This document shows, one piece after another, positions 44,619 through 52,441 of a stretch of 64,000 nt of DNA. The stretch is from Candidatus Woesearchaeota archaeon (GTDB taxonomy: Archaea; Nanobdellota; Nanobdellia; Woesearchaeales; ARS49), in contig WJJS01000009.1 of NCBI GenBank assembly GCA_014729505.1, forward strand, positions 970 to 64,969, written 5' to 3'. The stretch's first letter is position 1. Each line of letters opens with the position of its first letter. The notes below the pieces were generated by a model. The model ran no database searches. It was given only the letters and a program-made list of their open reading frames with translations, and was not told the DNA's origin. Position numbers and translations under genes: made by a program.

Positions 44619-44866
44619 TTTAACTTGATTCTCTCCGCAGGAGCAACATCAATCTTGTCGCCTGCAATGAGGACAGTTTTACCATCAATAACAAAAGCAA
44701 ACGTACATCCCTTCTTCATCACTCGTTTCTTCCCTTTCGAGGTGAGGATGACAAAGGAGTGTTTGGTCTCGTCAATGACAGTGCCTTCCAGTCCAACAAG
44801 ACTCTTGTTGTTGGACGCTTCGATCTTGACCGTTTTACCGATCAGTTCCATGCGGTACGCTTTCAT
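44615..44866 (-). CDS. rnp1: RNase P protein component 1 (Rpp29/Pop4)
   Basis: LIGKTVKIEASNNKSLVGLEGTVIDETKHSFVI Sm-like barrel pattern, in the conserved slot between SUI1 and S17. Confidence 0.8.
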   Translation of the reverse strand: MKAYRMELIGKTVKIEASNNKSLVGLEGTVIDETKHSFVILTSKGKKRVMKKGCTFAFVIDGKTVLIAGDKIDVAPAERIKLK

Positions 44867-45165
44867 TATTTAACCACAATTGTCTCAGGAGCGAAACCCT
44901 CGGCAATGAGGAATTCCTTGACCCTTTGTTTGTGATCGCCCTGCAATTCAATCGAATCCTTCTTCACCGCTCCGCCGCAGGCAAATTTTGCCTTAAGACG
45001 CTTGCACAGCGAGTTCAAATCGATCTCTTCAAACCCTTCGATCAATGTATACTTCTTGCCGTATTTTTTACGGATAATCGAGATCGTGATCTTTTGGGTT
45101 TCCTTGGCAATACTCTCACAAACGCATAACTCTTGGGGTAAACCACAGGTTTGACAGATCGTCAT
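44866..45165 (-). CDS. translation initiation factor aSUI1 (eIF1 homologue)
   Basis: CQTCGLPQELCVCE... followed by the SUI1 fold: KITISIIRKKYGKKYTLIEGF...KFACGGAVKKDSIELQGDH. Confidence 0.85.
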   Translation of the reverse strand: MTICQTCGLPQELCVCESIAKETQKITISIIRKKYGKKYTLIEGFEEIDLNSLCKRLKAKFACGGAVKKDSIELQGDHKQRVKEFLIAEGFAPETIVVK

Positions 45166-45356
45166 GCTTTTGTCTTGCCCTCCAATAGCATGGTAATACG
45201 TGCTATTGTCTTCTTTAACGTACGGAGTTTCCCAGGACTTTTTGGGACCGTACCGGTGCTGATTTGTGTATGTTCTTTCATAAGCTCCTTTTGAAGCTCG
45301 TCACGTTTCTTGACAAGTTCATCTTTTGGTAAGCTTTTGAGCTCTTTAAATTTCAT
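45162..45356 (-). CDS. rpl29: 50S ribosomal protein L29 (uL29)
   Basis: 64 aa. MKFKELKSLPKDELVKKRDELQKELMKE. Confidence 0.85.
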   Translation of the reverse strand: MKFKELKSLPKDELVKKRDELQKELMKEHTQISTGTVPKSPGKLRTLKKTIARITMLLEGKTKA

Positions 45357-46066
45357 TTGGTATCCTCGTCAGGTTTTTTTCCAACCTTTTCGACGGTTTC
45401 CTTCTTTGCCTTCTTAACAGTTTTCTTCTTAGGCTTTTCTTCCTTCACTTCAGGCTCAGGCACCTCTTGAGGAACCTCAATATCATCAGGAAGTTTGATA
45501 TCTGGAGGCATGATAGAGACCTTCACACCAATACGTCCTTGTTTAAGAACTGCGTAATTTGTAGCAACATGCATTCCTTCAAGAGCGACATCACCACATT
45601 TCTTAATGTAGCCACTAAAGAAACGCCACTTCTTTGCACGCACACTAGGAATACGACCAGACATAATTATCTCAACCCCAAGAGCACCGGCGCGCAGGAC
45701 ATCATTCATCACACGATGAGCAATGCCCTTAAATCGTTTAACGCCGAAACGTTCAAGAGTGCTTGCAATACGTTCAGCAACGATATCTGCGTCAAGCATT
45801 TGATCCTTTTGCTCGACTTCTCGAGGTTCGATTTCAGGATTTTCAAGTTTGAACCTTTTCTTCAAGGTTTGTGTGAGTTTTTTAATCGTCTCACCTTTCT
45901 TACCGACAACAAGACCTGGGCGTGCAGCATGCACAATAATGCGATCACCAAGAGGAGTCTTACGCAACTCGGTTTTTGAATGTCCAACATTCTTAAGATT
46001 AGCAGTAATGTACTCTTCGATGGCGAATTCCTTTTTCTTATCATTGATAAACTTGCGTTCGATCAT
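45353..46066 (-). CDS. rps3: 30S ribosomal protein S3 (uS3) with K-rich C-terminal tail
   Basis: KH domain (RIIVHAARPGLVVGKKGETIKKL) plus the S3-C domain, with the tail EEKPKKKTVKKAKKETVEKVGKK. Confidence 0.9.
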   Translation of the reverse strand: MIERKFINDKKKEFAIEEYITANLKNVGHSKTELRKTPLGDRIIVHAARPGLVVGKKGETIKKLTQTLKKRFKLENPEIEPREVEQKDQMLDADIVAERIASTLERFGVKRFKGIAHRVMNDVLRAGALGVEIIMSGRIPSVRAKKWRFFSGYIKKCGDVALEGMHVATNYAVLKQGRIGVKVSIMPPDIKLPDDIEVPQEVPEPEVKEEKPKKKTVKKAKKETVEKVGKKPDEDTK

Positions 46067-46497
46067 TTCTTCTCCTCAACTACCACTTCGATATGGGTGC
46101 GCTTTGCTCTTCGACCGCGATGACGTCCATAACGGTACTGTTTACCGCCTTGCTTGGCACAAATCTGTTTGAGTACAAGATCCTTAGCAAGGAGTCCCTT
46201 AAACTGCGCATTTGCCTCAGCACTCTTGACCACAGTCAAAATCTCAGTACATGCTTTAATAGGATATCGTCCAGCAGCAATGTTTCCTTTTCTATGACCT
46301 ACATCACCATTGAAACGCGTATACGGAATGGGTTGTTTTTCAGCAATAACATTTTCCAAAATCGTCTTAGCACGCGCAAGTTTTTTACCGCGAAGATAAC
46401 CACAAATCTCGACGGCAGCCTTCATAGAGATAGGCAAAAACATGCCATGGGCTGCTGCAGACTTTTCCGATGTTGGAACTGAAAGTTTTACTGTCAT
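46063..46497 (-). CDS. rpl22: 50S ribosomal protein L22 (uL22)
   Basis: ISMKAAVEICGYLRGKKLARAKTILENV...HIEVVV. Confidence 0.9.
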   Translation of the reverse strand: MTVKLSVPTSEKSAAAHGMFLPISMKAAVEICGYLRGKKLARAKTILENVIAEKQPIPYTRFNGDVGHRKGNIAAGRYPIKACTEILTVVKSAEANAQFKGLLAKDLVLKQICAKQGGKQYRYGRHRGRRAKRTHIEVVVEEKK

Positions 46498-46889
46498 CTT
46501 ACACTAAGCGCCGCACTACTTCTTGTGGCACCGACACCAGGACTGCTGTGAGCCACCTTCTTACGAGTGAGAGCAAACTCCCCCAAACGATGACCAAGCA
46601 TATCAGGACTTATTTCAATCCTTTCCCAAGCCTTGCCAGTGTACACTTCAATAGTGTGACCAATCATTTTTGGAATGATAATCATTTCACGCTGATGCGT
46701 GCGAATTTTTTTACTGCCCTTTTCAATTGCCTTTAAGACCTTTTTAGCTTCAGCGGAAAAACCAAACTCTCCTCTGCGCTTCAAACTGCGCCTTGAACGC
46801 GAAGGGATCAATGCAAGGAATTCTTCGTCAGAGAGCGCTTTGACTTGGTCGAGCGACAATCCATAAAACTTGAATTCTTTTTTTGCCAT
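46494..46889 (-). CDS. rps19: 30S ribosomal protein S19 (uS19)
   Basis: IRTHQREMIIIPKMIGHTIEVYTGKAW...GHRLGEFALTRK. Confidence 0.9.
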   Translation of the reverse strand: MAKKEFKFYGLSLDQVKALSDEEFLALIPSRSRRSLKRRGEFGFSAEAKKVLKAIEKGSKKIRTHQREMIIIPKMIGHTIEVYTGKAWERIEISPDMLGHRLGEFALTRKKVAHSSPGVGATRSSAALSVR

Positions 46890-46891
46890 GA

Positions 46892-47596
46892 TTATTTCCT
46901 CTTACCCGTTCTTTTTGGCCACAATTTACCAACTTTTGCGCCTGGAGGAGCAAAGCGGTTTACAGGCTTTTGCTTAGCCTTACGACTCGAACGCTTGTTA
47001 CCATAAGGATGGTCAACAGCGTTCATTGCACAAGCGCTTGAACGAGGATACAGCTTATTTTTAGCCTTCATTTGAAAATGCTTCTTACCGGCCTTAATAA
47101 AAGGTTTTTCAGGACGACCAGCACCTGCAACCACACCAATATTTGCACGACAATGAGGATGGAACGACCGATTCTTCTTTGAAGGCAATTGTACAATAAT
47201 CCTGTCTTCGTGTTTTGCCACAATCTTAGCAGCAGTGCCTGACGTTCGACAAAATTTACCGCCATCACCGGGCTTACTTTCAATGTTATACACAGGAACC
47301 CCTGTAGGAATGTCAGCAAGACTCAACACGTGTCCGCGCTCGATCATCTCAGGATTTGAATAAATCATTGCACCAACCATAATACCTTCAGGAGCAACCA
47401 TAAGAGATGCGCGACCATCAGGATACTCCACATGCATAAGAGGAGCATGATGACCGGGACAATCAAGAATATCGCGAACACGACCTTCTGTTACACCACG
47501 AGGAGGCAATGCTACTTTACCCTTGAACCGGAAGCTAGGAGAGCGATAACGAAGACTTCCCTTTCCACGTGCTTGTTGTATGATATTTTTTCCCAT
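46892..47596 (-). CDS. rpl2: 50S ribosomal protein L2 (uL2)
   Basis: GKFCRTSGTAAKIVAK...MNAVDHPYGN (SH3/OB L2 signature). Confidence 0.9.
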   Translation of the reverse strand: MGKNIIQQARGKGSLRYRSPSFRFKGKVALPPRGVTEGRVRDILDCPGHHAPLMHVEYPDGRASLMVAPEGIMVGAMIYSNPEMIERGHVLSLADIPTGVPVYNIESKPGDGGKFCRTSGTAAKIVAKHEDRIIVQLPSKKNRSFHPHCRANIGVVAGAGRPEKPFIKAGKKHFQMKAKNKLYPRSSACAMNAVDHPYGNKRSSRKAKQKPVNRFAPPGAKVGKLWPKRTGKRK

Positions 47597-47856
47597 CAGA
47601 GCACTCCAAGATCAGTAGCCACATCTATAGCCGGTGTATCCGCAGCAAACGTGACATACGCGCGCTTAACACCTTTATGAGTATTATGCACATTAACAGC
47701 ACTGACCTTTGATTTAAACAACTCTGCAACAGCCTTTTTAATCTGCTCCTTTGTCGCTTTACGACTCACTACGAAAACCAATTTGTTCTCTGCTTCCATC
47801 AAGCGAATCGCCTTTTCTGTTGCGAGAGGATGCTTGATAATGTCGTACGCATTCAT
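47596..47856 (-). CDS. rpl23: 50S ribosomal protein L23 (uL23)
   Basis: IIKHPLATEKAIRLMEAENKLVFVVSRKATKEQIKKAVAELF. Confidence 0.9.
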   Translation of the reverse strand: MNAYDIIKHPLATEKAIRLMEAENKLVFVVSRKATKEQIKKAVAELFKSKVSAVNVHNTHKGVKRAYVTFAADTPAIDVATDLGVL

Positions 47857-48656
47857 TGGAACAAGTTCTCCTTGGCAATTTTGTCAATTGCTTTTTTTGT
47901 AAAGATCGTGGCACGACCGGCCTGACCGCCAGGAGCAAGAAGTGCCGCATTAAGTGATTTGACTGTAGCAATGTCAATACCTGCAATATTACGCGCAGCG
48001 AATTGCAAAGAACACGTATCATCGACAACAAGTAACGGTCCCTTTCGAACCTTTCGTCGGCGACCGCGTGTCTTAGCACGACCTGCCCGCTCATTTCTCT
48101 TCTTGCATTTAGCGAGTTCAACAGCAAAACCCCACTGTGAAAGTGCTTTATGAACATCCTTTGTTTTCTTCAAGTCTTCAAGACCTTCAGCAACAAAAGG
48201 ATACTGCTCAGGAATCTTATGACCTCGATTCTCGACAATATCGCGAAACAAGGTCGCAGCCATAGCAGAACGAATCGCTTTTCGGCGCTGTTTAACATTC
48301 ATCTTCTGCGCCCAGCACTTGTCGGCTTTTGGAGGATGTGCTCTCATACCACCAATAGCTTGAGGAACCATCGCACCAACCCAATTAAAGTGACGACCTC
48401 GACGAGACATAATTTTACGAGGAATACGTGAAATTCCATGACCGTAGGAACCGCGATAGTTACGACGTCTCTTAGAGAGCTTTGCAGAAACTCTCTTACC
48501 AGCTCGAGGATCAGTACCATACCGTTGACGTTGCACAGACTGCAGAACATGAACGGCTCTGCGAATCACATCAGGACGGACAATCTCATCAAACTGTGCA
48601 GGTAGCTTGAGCGTACTCTTTTGTCCGGAAACATTGAACAGCATAACTTCTTTCAT
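47853..48656 (-). CDS. rpl4: 50S ribosomal protein L4 (uL4)
   Basis: 267 aa. RQRYGTDPRAGKRVSAKLSKRRRNYRGSYGHGISRIPR. Confidence 0.9.
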   Translation of the reverse strand: MKEVMLFNVSGQKSTLKLPAQFDEIVRPDVIRRAVHVLQSVQRQRYGTDPRAGKRVSAKLSKRRRNYRGSYGHGISRIPRKIMSRRGRHFNWVGAMVPQAIGGMRAHPPKADKCWAQKMNVKQRRKAIRSAMAATLFRDIVENRGHKIPEQYPFVAEGLEDLKKTKDVHKALSQWGFAVELAKCKKRNERAGRAKTRGRRRKVRKGPLLVVDDTCSLQFAARNIAGIDIATVKSLNAALLAPGGQAGRATIFTKKAIDKIAKENLFQ

Positions 48657-49621
48657 TGTCGAGACTCCTTGTGAACGTAATTAATCTGAGGCGCGTGAGA
48701 GGAAATCTTAACATTTGGTCTTGTCGCATGTATCATGGTAACTAAACGTTTTGAAGGGCCAGGAAGAGAACCCTTGATGATAAGATATTCATTTTTTACA
48801 AGTCCATAACGCAACCAACCCCCTTTAGGATTAATCTTTGACGCGTCATTATCAATCTTGACAATTTTCTTATTATAATCAGTACGCTGATGAAAACCCA
48901 TCTGTCCAGCATGAGCAACACGATGAGTAGTAGGCGTCATCCAAGAACCAAGAGAACCCGGACCGCGCTTAGTTTTTTCAGATTTATGAAAACGAATCTT
49001 AACACCAAAGCGACGCACAGGACCCTGCAAACCCTTACCTTTTGTGACAGCATGCACATCGATTTGGCTGCCTTCCTTAAACACATCAGAGACCTTAATA
49101 TCCCTAGTGAGGTATTCTTTTGCAAGAGAAAGTTGCTCGTCTTTAGTTCCACCAAGATAGAGTTCAAACAACTCTGGTTTCTTCTTTCCAATACTGGTAA
49201 GCTTGGGCTGCGTATACGCGAGTAAGCGCAAAGAATCAAATTCCTTGATACTATCAAGAGATTTATCATATTTTTTTGGCAAGCGCACTTTTCGCGCAAG
49301 TTCCTTGTCAATGGAAGGTGAGAGAATGGTTGAAGAAAGAGCAAGACCGTAAGGAGTGTTTTTGTACACATTAACTGCGAACACTTTAACAGGCGGGCAC
49401 TCGACGATGGTAGCGGGACACAGGCGGCTTGAACCCTTCGGTTTGCCCTCCTTGTCCCGGTCTTGAATCATGAGATGAGTCATCCCCGTCTTATACCCCG
49501 CAAAACCGGCAAGACCCCTAATTTTATCATTAAAAGAACGCACTCTAGCAACAATGCGCCTGGCCCTTTTACGAGGCCAAACTTGCATACTTCCTCGTCG
49601 TGGATTTCGTGTAGTCGGCAT
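48653..49621 (-). CDS. rpl3: 50S ribosomal protein L3 (uL3)
   Basis: PRRGSMQVWPRKRA...FAGYKTGMTH...HAVTKGKGLQGPVRRFG. The ATG at 49621 is preferred over the TTG track start at 49639. Confidence 0.9.
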   Translation of the reverse strand: MPTTRNPRRGSMQVWPRKRARRIVARVRSFNDKIRGLAGFAGYKTGMTHLMIQDRDKEGKPKGSSRLCPATIVECPPVKVFAVNVYKNTPYGLALSSTILSPSIDKELARKVRLPKKYDKSLDSIKEFDSLRLLAYTQPKLTSIGKKKPELFELYLGGTKDEQLSLAKEYLTRDIKVSDVFKEGSQIDVHAVTKGKGLQGPVRRFGVKIRFHKSEKTKRGPGSLGSWMTPTTHRVAHAGQMGFHQRTDYNKKIVKIDNDASKINPKGGWLRYGLVKNEYLIIKGSLPGPSKRLVTMIHATRPNVKISSHAPQINYVHKESRQ

Positions 49622-49744
49622 ACTATTACCTACTAGCAATTAACGCCTTTTGCGGGTAGCATCCCAAGAACGTAAGCACTCACTAGCGCGTACTGATGGG
49701 GTTTCCCTTATCAGGCTTGCTACTCACGGAAAAACTAGAGCCCC

Positions 49745-49752
49745 TTTATAAA
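49745..49752 (-). promoter_or_regulatory. TATA box (tttataaa) for the rpl3-secY superoperon, with about 100-nt leader
   Basis: A palindromic octamer lies a few nt past the primase stop codon. The predicted transcription start is about 49722, roughly 100 nt upstream of the rpl3 ATG, unlike the leaderless genes elsewhere. Confidence 0.45.
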
Positions 49753-49757
49753 GCTAT

Positions 49758-51158
49758 CTATTTAAGTGAACGGGATTCGTCCGAGGGGGGTGATTCAAAA
49801 GAAACAGTTGCTTTAGAAGAAGAAGTTTTTTCCTTCTCTTTTGCAGTATTCTTTTTCTTACTTCTTTTCTTCGGTTGTTGACTGGCCACTATCTTTTGTT
49901 TAAGAATAGAATAATTGGCAGGATTCTTTATGCGCTTGCAAAAAGCATCAGGATGACAGATTTGAAGATCGCGATAATACCCGTGATTTGCGCAGTTTGG
50001 AGGAGGAATCTTCTTTTTTATCTGTTGATGATGACGCAGATGACCTTGGAGCGTTACCTCACGAACAGGTTCAGTATTTCGCTCATTCCACTTGACCATG
50101 TACTGCTCAATATCATGACTCGACCAGCCAACAGCAGAAAGAAAATTAGACAAAACAAACATCGCACGCTTCTTACCATCCTGCAAACCACCAGCAATAC
50201 AATTAATGCACGGTGGAAAATACTCTTCAGGAATAGCAGTCTCACTACCCTTGTATTCATTGATTTTCTTTACCGGTCTTTCAGGTTCTACAGTCGCATC
50301 AAAGGCCTGAACAAAAAGACGCGTAGCTTCGTTTTTTCTTGTCTGAACCGTAATGAACGGTTTAACAATTTCAATATTCGTGTGCTTAGCATCAGACCTT
50401 GAAAACTGCATAATCTTCTTAGGATGCACAGGCACTGAAACAAGACCTGACTTTTCATTAAAACTATACGGCATACGATACAAATGACGAGAGGCAATAA
50501 GAACAGTATCAATGTCGACAAGAGTAAAAGGATCAAACGTGCCAAGAGTCATCAGTTGAGTCACCTGTTTTTTTGTCTTTTTAGCAATAGTAGTCAACGA
50601 ATCAGTCTGCAACAATCGCTGCGCTAAAGGTTCTCGAATCATCTGACGAAGATATGAGGCAATCTTTCTTGGCCCATGAGGAAACAAAGAAGCAGTCTGC
50701 TGCGCGTTTAACTGTTCTGGAAACGTTTCAAAAGGAACACCAATGTGAAAACCATGATTGCCAGAAAATTTTACAGAAAAACTCTCAATATCATGATGCG
50801 CAATAGCATTAACAACAAGATCTGCAGCAATCTTAGAATATTCAAGCTCCTCACAATCAATATCCAAAATCAAATCCCAACCAGTCCTCAAATCGTGCAA
50901 TTCAGATTGTCTGAGTCGAGGACCAAGCAAAAGAGGATTTGACCACCGCTCTTCAGAAGCATGAAAACTCGACACTCCCTTTTTTACAAATTCAAGAACA
51001 TCATGAGGATACTGTAATACATCGGGTCGCTTGCCAAAACCCCCTGACAAAAAACGCACACCGATCTCTCTACCTTGCGCCTCCTGCACGAGGATGTCTT
51101 GAATCTCGCTACGCTTATAATGCTGCAGCAAGATACCCTTTGATAAGCTCTTTTTCAT
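49758..51158 (-). CDS. fused archaeo-eukaryotic primase (PriS catalytic domain + PriL C-terminal Fe-S-type domain)
   Basis: N-terminal half carries DLILDIDCEE (DxD) and FSGNHGFHIGVPF (SGxRGxH). C-terminal half carries PPCINCIAGGLQDGKKRAMFVLSNFL... plus further Cys (PPPNCANHG...CHPDAFC). A K-rich tail follows. The start is set at ATG 51158. Confidence 0.8.
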   Translation of the reverse strand: MKKSLSKGILLQHYKRSEIQDILVQEAQGREIGVRFLSGGFGKRPDVLQYPHDVLEFVKKGVSSFHASEERWSNPLLLGPRLRQSELHDLRTGWDLILDIDCEELEYSKIAADLVVNAIAHHDIESFSVKFSGNHGFHIGVPFETFPEQLNAQQTASLFPHGPRKIASYLRQMIREPLAQRLLQTDSLTTIAKKTKKQVTQLMTLGTFDPFTLVDIDTVLIASRHLYRMPYSFNEKSGLVSVPVHPKKIMQFSRSDAKHTNIEIVKPFITVQTRKNEATRLFVQAFDATVEPERPVKKINEYKGSETAIPEEYFPPCINCIAGGLQDGKKRAMFVLSNFLSAVGWSSHDIEQYMVKWNERNTEPVREVTLQGHLRHHQQIKKKIPPPNCANHGYYRDLQICHPDAFCKRIKNPANYSILKQKIVASQQPKKRSKKKNTAKEKEKTSSSKATVSFESPPSDESRSLK

Positions 51159-51184
51159 ACCCCCTGATCTGCCAAGTCCGCAGA

Positions 51185-51193
51185 TTATATATA
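51185..51193. promoter_or_regulatory. TATA element (ttatatata) between primase and Toprim genes
   Basis: Centred 31 nt from the primase ATG at 51158 (-) and 27 nt from the in-frame GTG at 51216 (+). Confidence 0.4.
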
Positions 51194-51215
51194 GATTGTG
51201 GGCTTGAAGTACTTC

Positions 51216-51557
51216 GTGGAGATTGAACAACTCATCAACAACTACAAGGATTTTCTTGTTATCGTCGAAGGACAAAAGGATTGCCAATGTCTACAACACT
51301 TAGGATTTACTCACATACTCATTTTGAACAAGCCATTGTTTGCCGTTGTTGAAGAAGTAGTCGCACAGCAACCACAAAAAGTAGTGCTTCTCACCGATTT
51401 AGATACTGCAGGAAAAAAACTCTACAGATACCTGTACAAGCACCTCACAAGACACGGCATACCTGTTGATGACACGCTGCGACATTTTCTCTTCAAAGAA
51501 ACACCAGTACGACAGATCGAAGGTCTCTGTTCGTACTTAGGATTGCATAAACTATAA
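51216..51557 (+). CDS. small Toprim-domain protein (RNase M5 / small primase-like family)
   Basis: FLVIVEGQKDCQCLQHLG (Toprim Glu) and VVLLTDLDTAGKKLY (DxD). The start is uncertain: GTG at 51198 (track) or GTG at 51216 (promoter spacing). No ATG is available. Confidence 0.6.
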   Translation: MEIEQLINNYKDFLVIVEGQKDCQCLQHLGFTHILILNKPLFAVVEEVVAQQPQKVVLLTDLDTAGKKLYRYLYKHLTRHGIPVDDTLRHFLFKETPVRQIEGLCSYLGLHKL

Positions 51558-51583
51558 ATATCCCACATTGCAAGAACAACACC

Positions 51584-52441
51584 ATGGTGTGGAATCAGAT
51601 CAAAACAGTACTGCTTTTAGGACTACTCACAGGAGTGCTCCTCTATGTAGGAACACTACTTGGAGGACTAGGAGGACTGACCGTTGCACTTATTTTTAGC
51701 ATTGTCATGAATGTCGGAGCATATTTTTTCTCACACAAAATCGTTCTTGCAATGTACAAAGCAACACTGCTAGACAAAAAAGAATATCCAAAAGTCCACG
51801 CGATGGTTGAAGACATCGCGCGCGCAGCAAGAATACCAACACCAAAAATTTATCTCATACGAACACCGCAACCAAACGCATTTGCCACAGGACCACACCC
51901 AAAAAAAGCAGTAGTAGCAGTAACTGCAGGCATCCTACAACTGCTCAGCGATCATGAACTCAAAGGAGTCCTTGCCCATGAAATCGCACACATTAAAAAT
52001 CGCGATATTCTCATTAGCACAATTGCAGCAACACTAGCAGGAGTCATAAGCTATGTAGCAATGATAGCACGTTGGGGAGCGATCTTTGGATTTGGAGGGC
52101 GAGACTCACAAGGCGGAAGAGGCATCATAGAATTACTCCTTCTTGCCATTGTCACACCAATTATCGCATTACTCATACAACTGGCGATATCTCGAAGCAG
52201 AGAATACCTCGCAGACGCGTCAGGAGCGTCATACATAGGTACAGGAGAATACCTTGCAAATGCCTTAATTAAAATCGAAAAAGGAGTAAAACAATTACCC
52301 TTTCGCGCAAGCAGCACAACAGAGAGCACAGCACACCTCTTTATCTCAAACCCCCTTAAAGGCGGAGGACTTACTGCGCTGTTTAGCACGCACCCGTCAA
52401 CAACAGACCGCGTTACCAGACTTCGAGCAATGCAGTTTTAA
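51584..52441 (+). CDS. htpX: HtpX-type membrane zinc protease (M48)
   Basis: Two N-terminal TMs, HEIAHIKNRD (HExxH), two further TMs, and the downstream Glu ligand region SREYLADA. Confidence 0.85.
   Translation: MVWNQIKTVLLLGLLTGVLLYVGTLLGGLGGLTVALIFSIVMNVGAYFFSHKIVLAMYKATLLDKKEYPKVHAMVEDIARAARIPTPKIYLIRTPQPNAFATGPHPKKAVVAVTAGILQLLSDHELKGVLAHEIAHIKNRDILISTIAATLAGVISYVAMIARWGAIFGFGGRDSQGGRGIIELLLLAIVTPIIALLIQLAISRSREYLADASGASYIGTGEYLANALIKIEKGVKQLPFRASSTTESTAHLFISNPLKGGGLTALFSTHPSTTDRVTRLRAMQF

Noticed and set aside
49640-49730. Possible tRNA or C/D-box sRNA in the spacer upstream of rpl3.
   Set aside because: No cloverleaf can be drawn on either strand: there is no T-loop GTTCRANYC and no matching 7-bp acceptor. 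No paired C (RUGAUGA) and D (CUGA) boxes occur at the right spacing. It is kept only as a structured leader.
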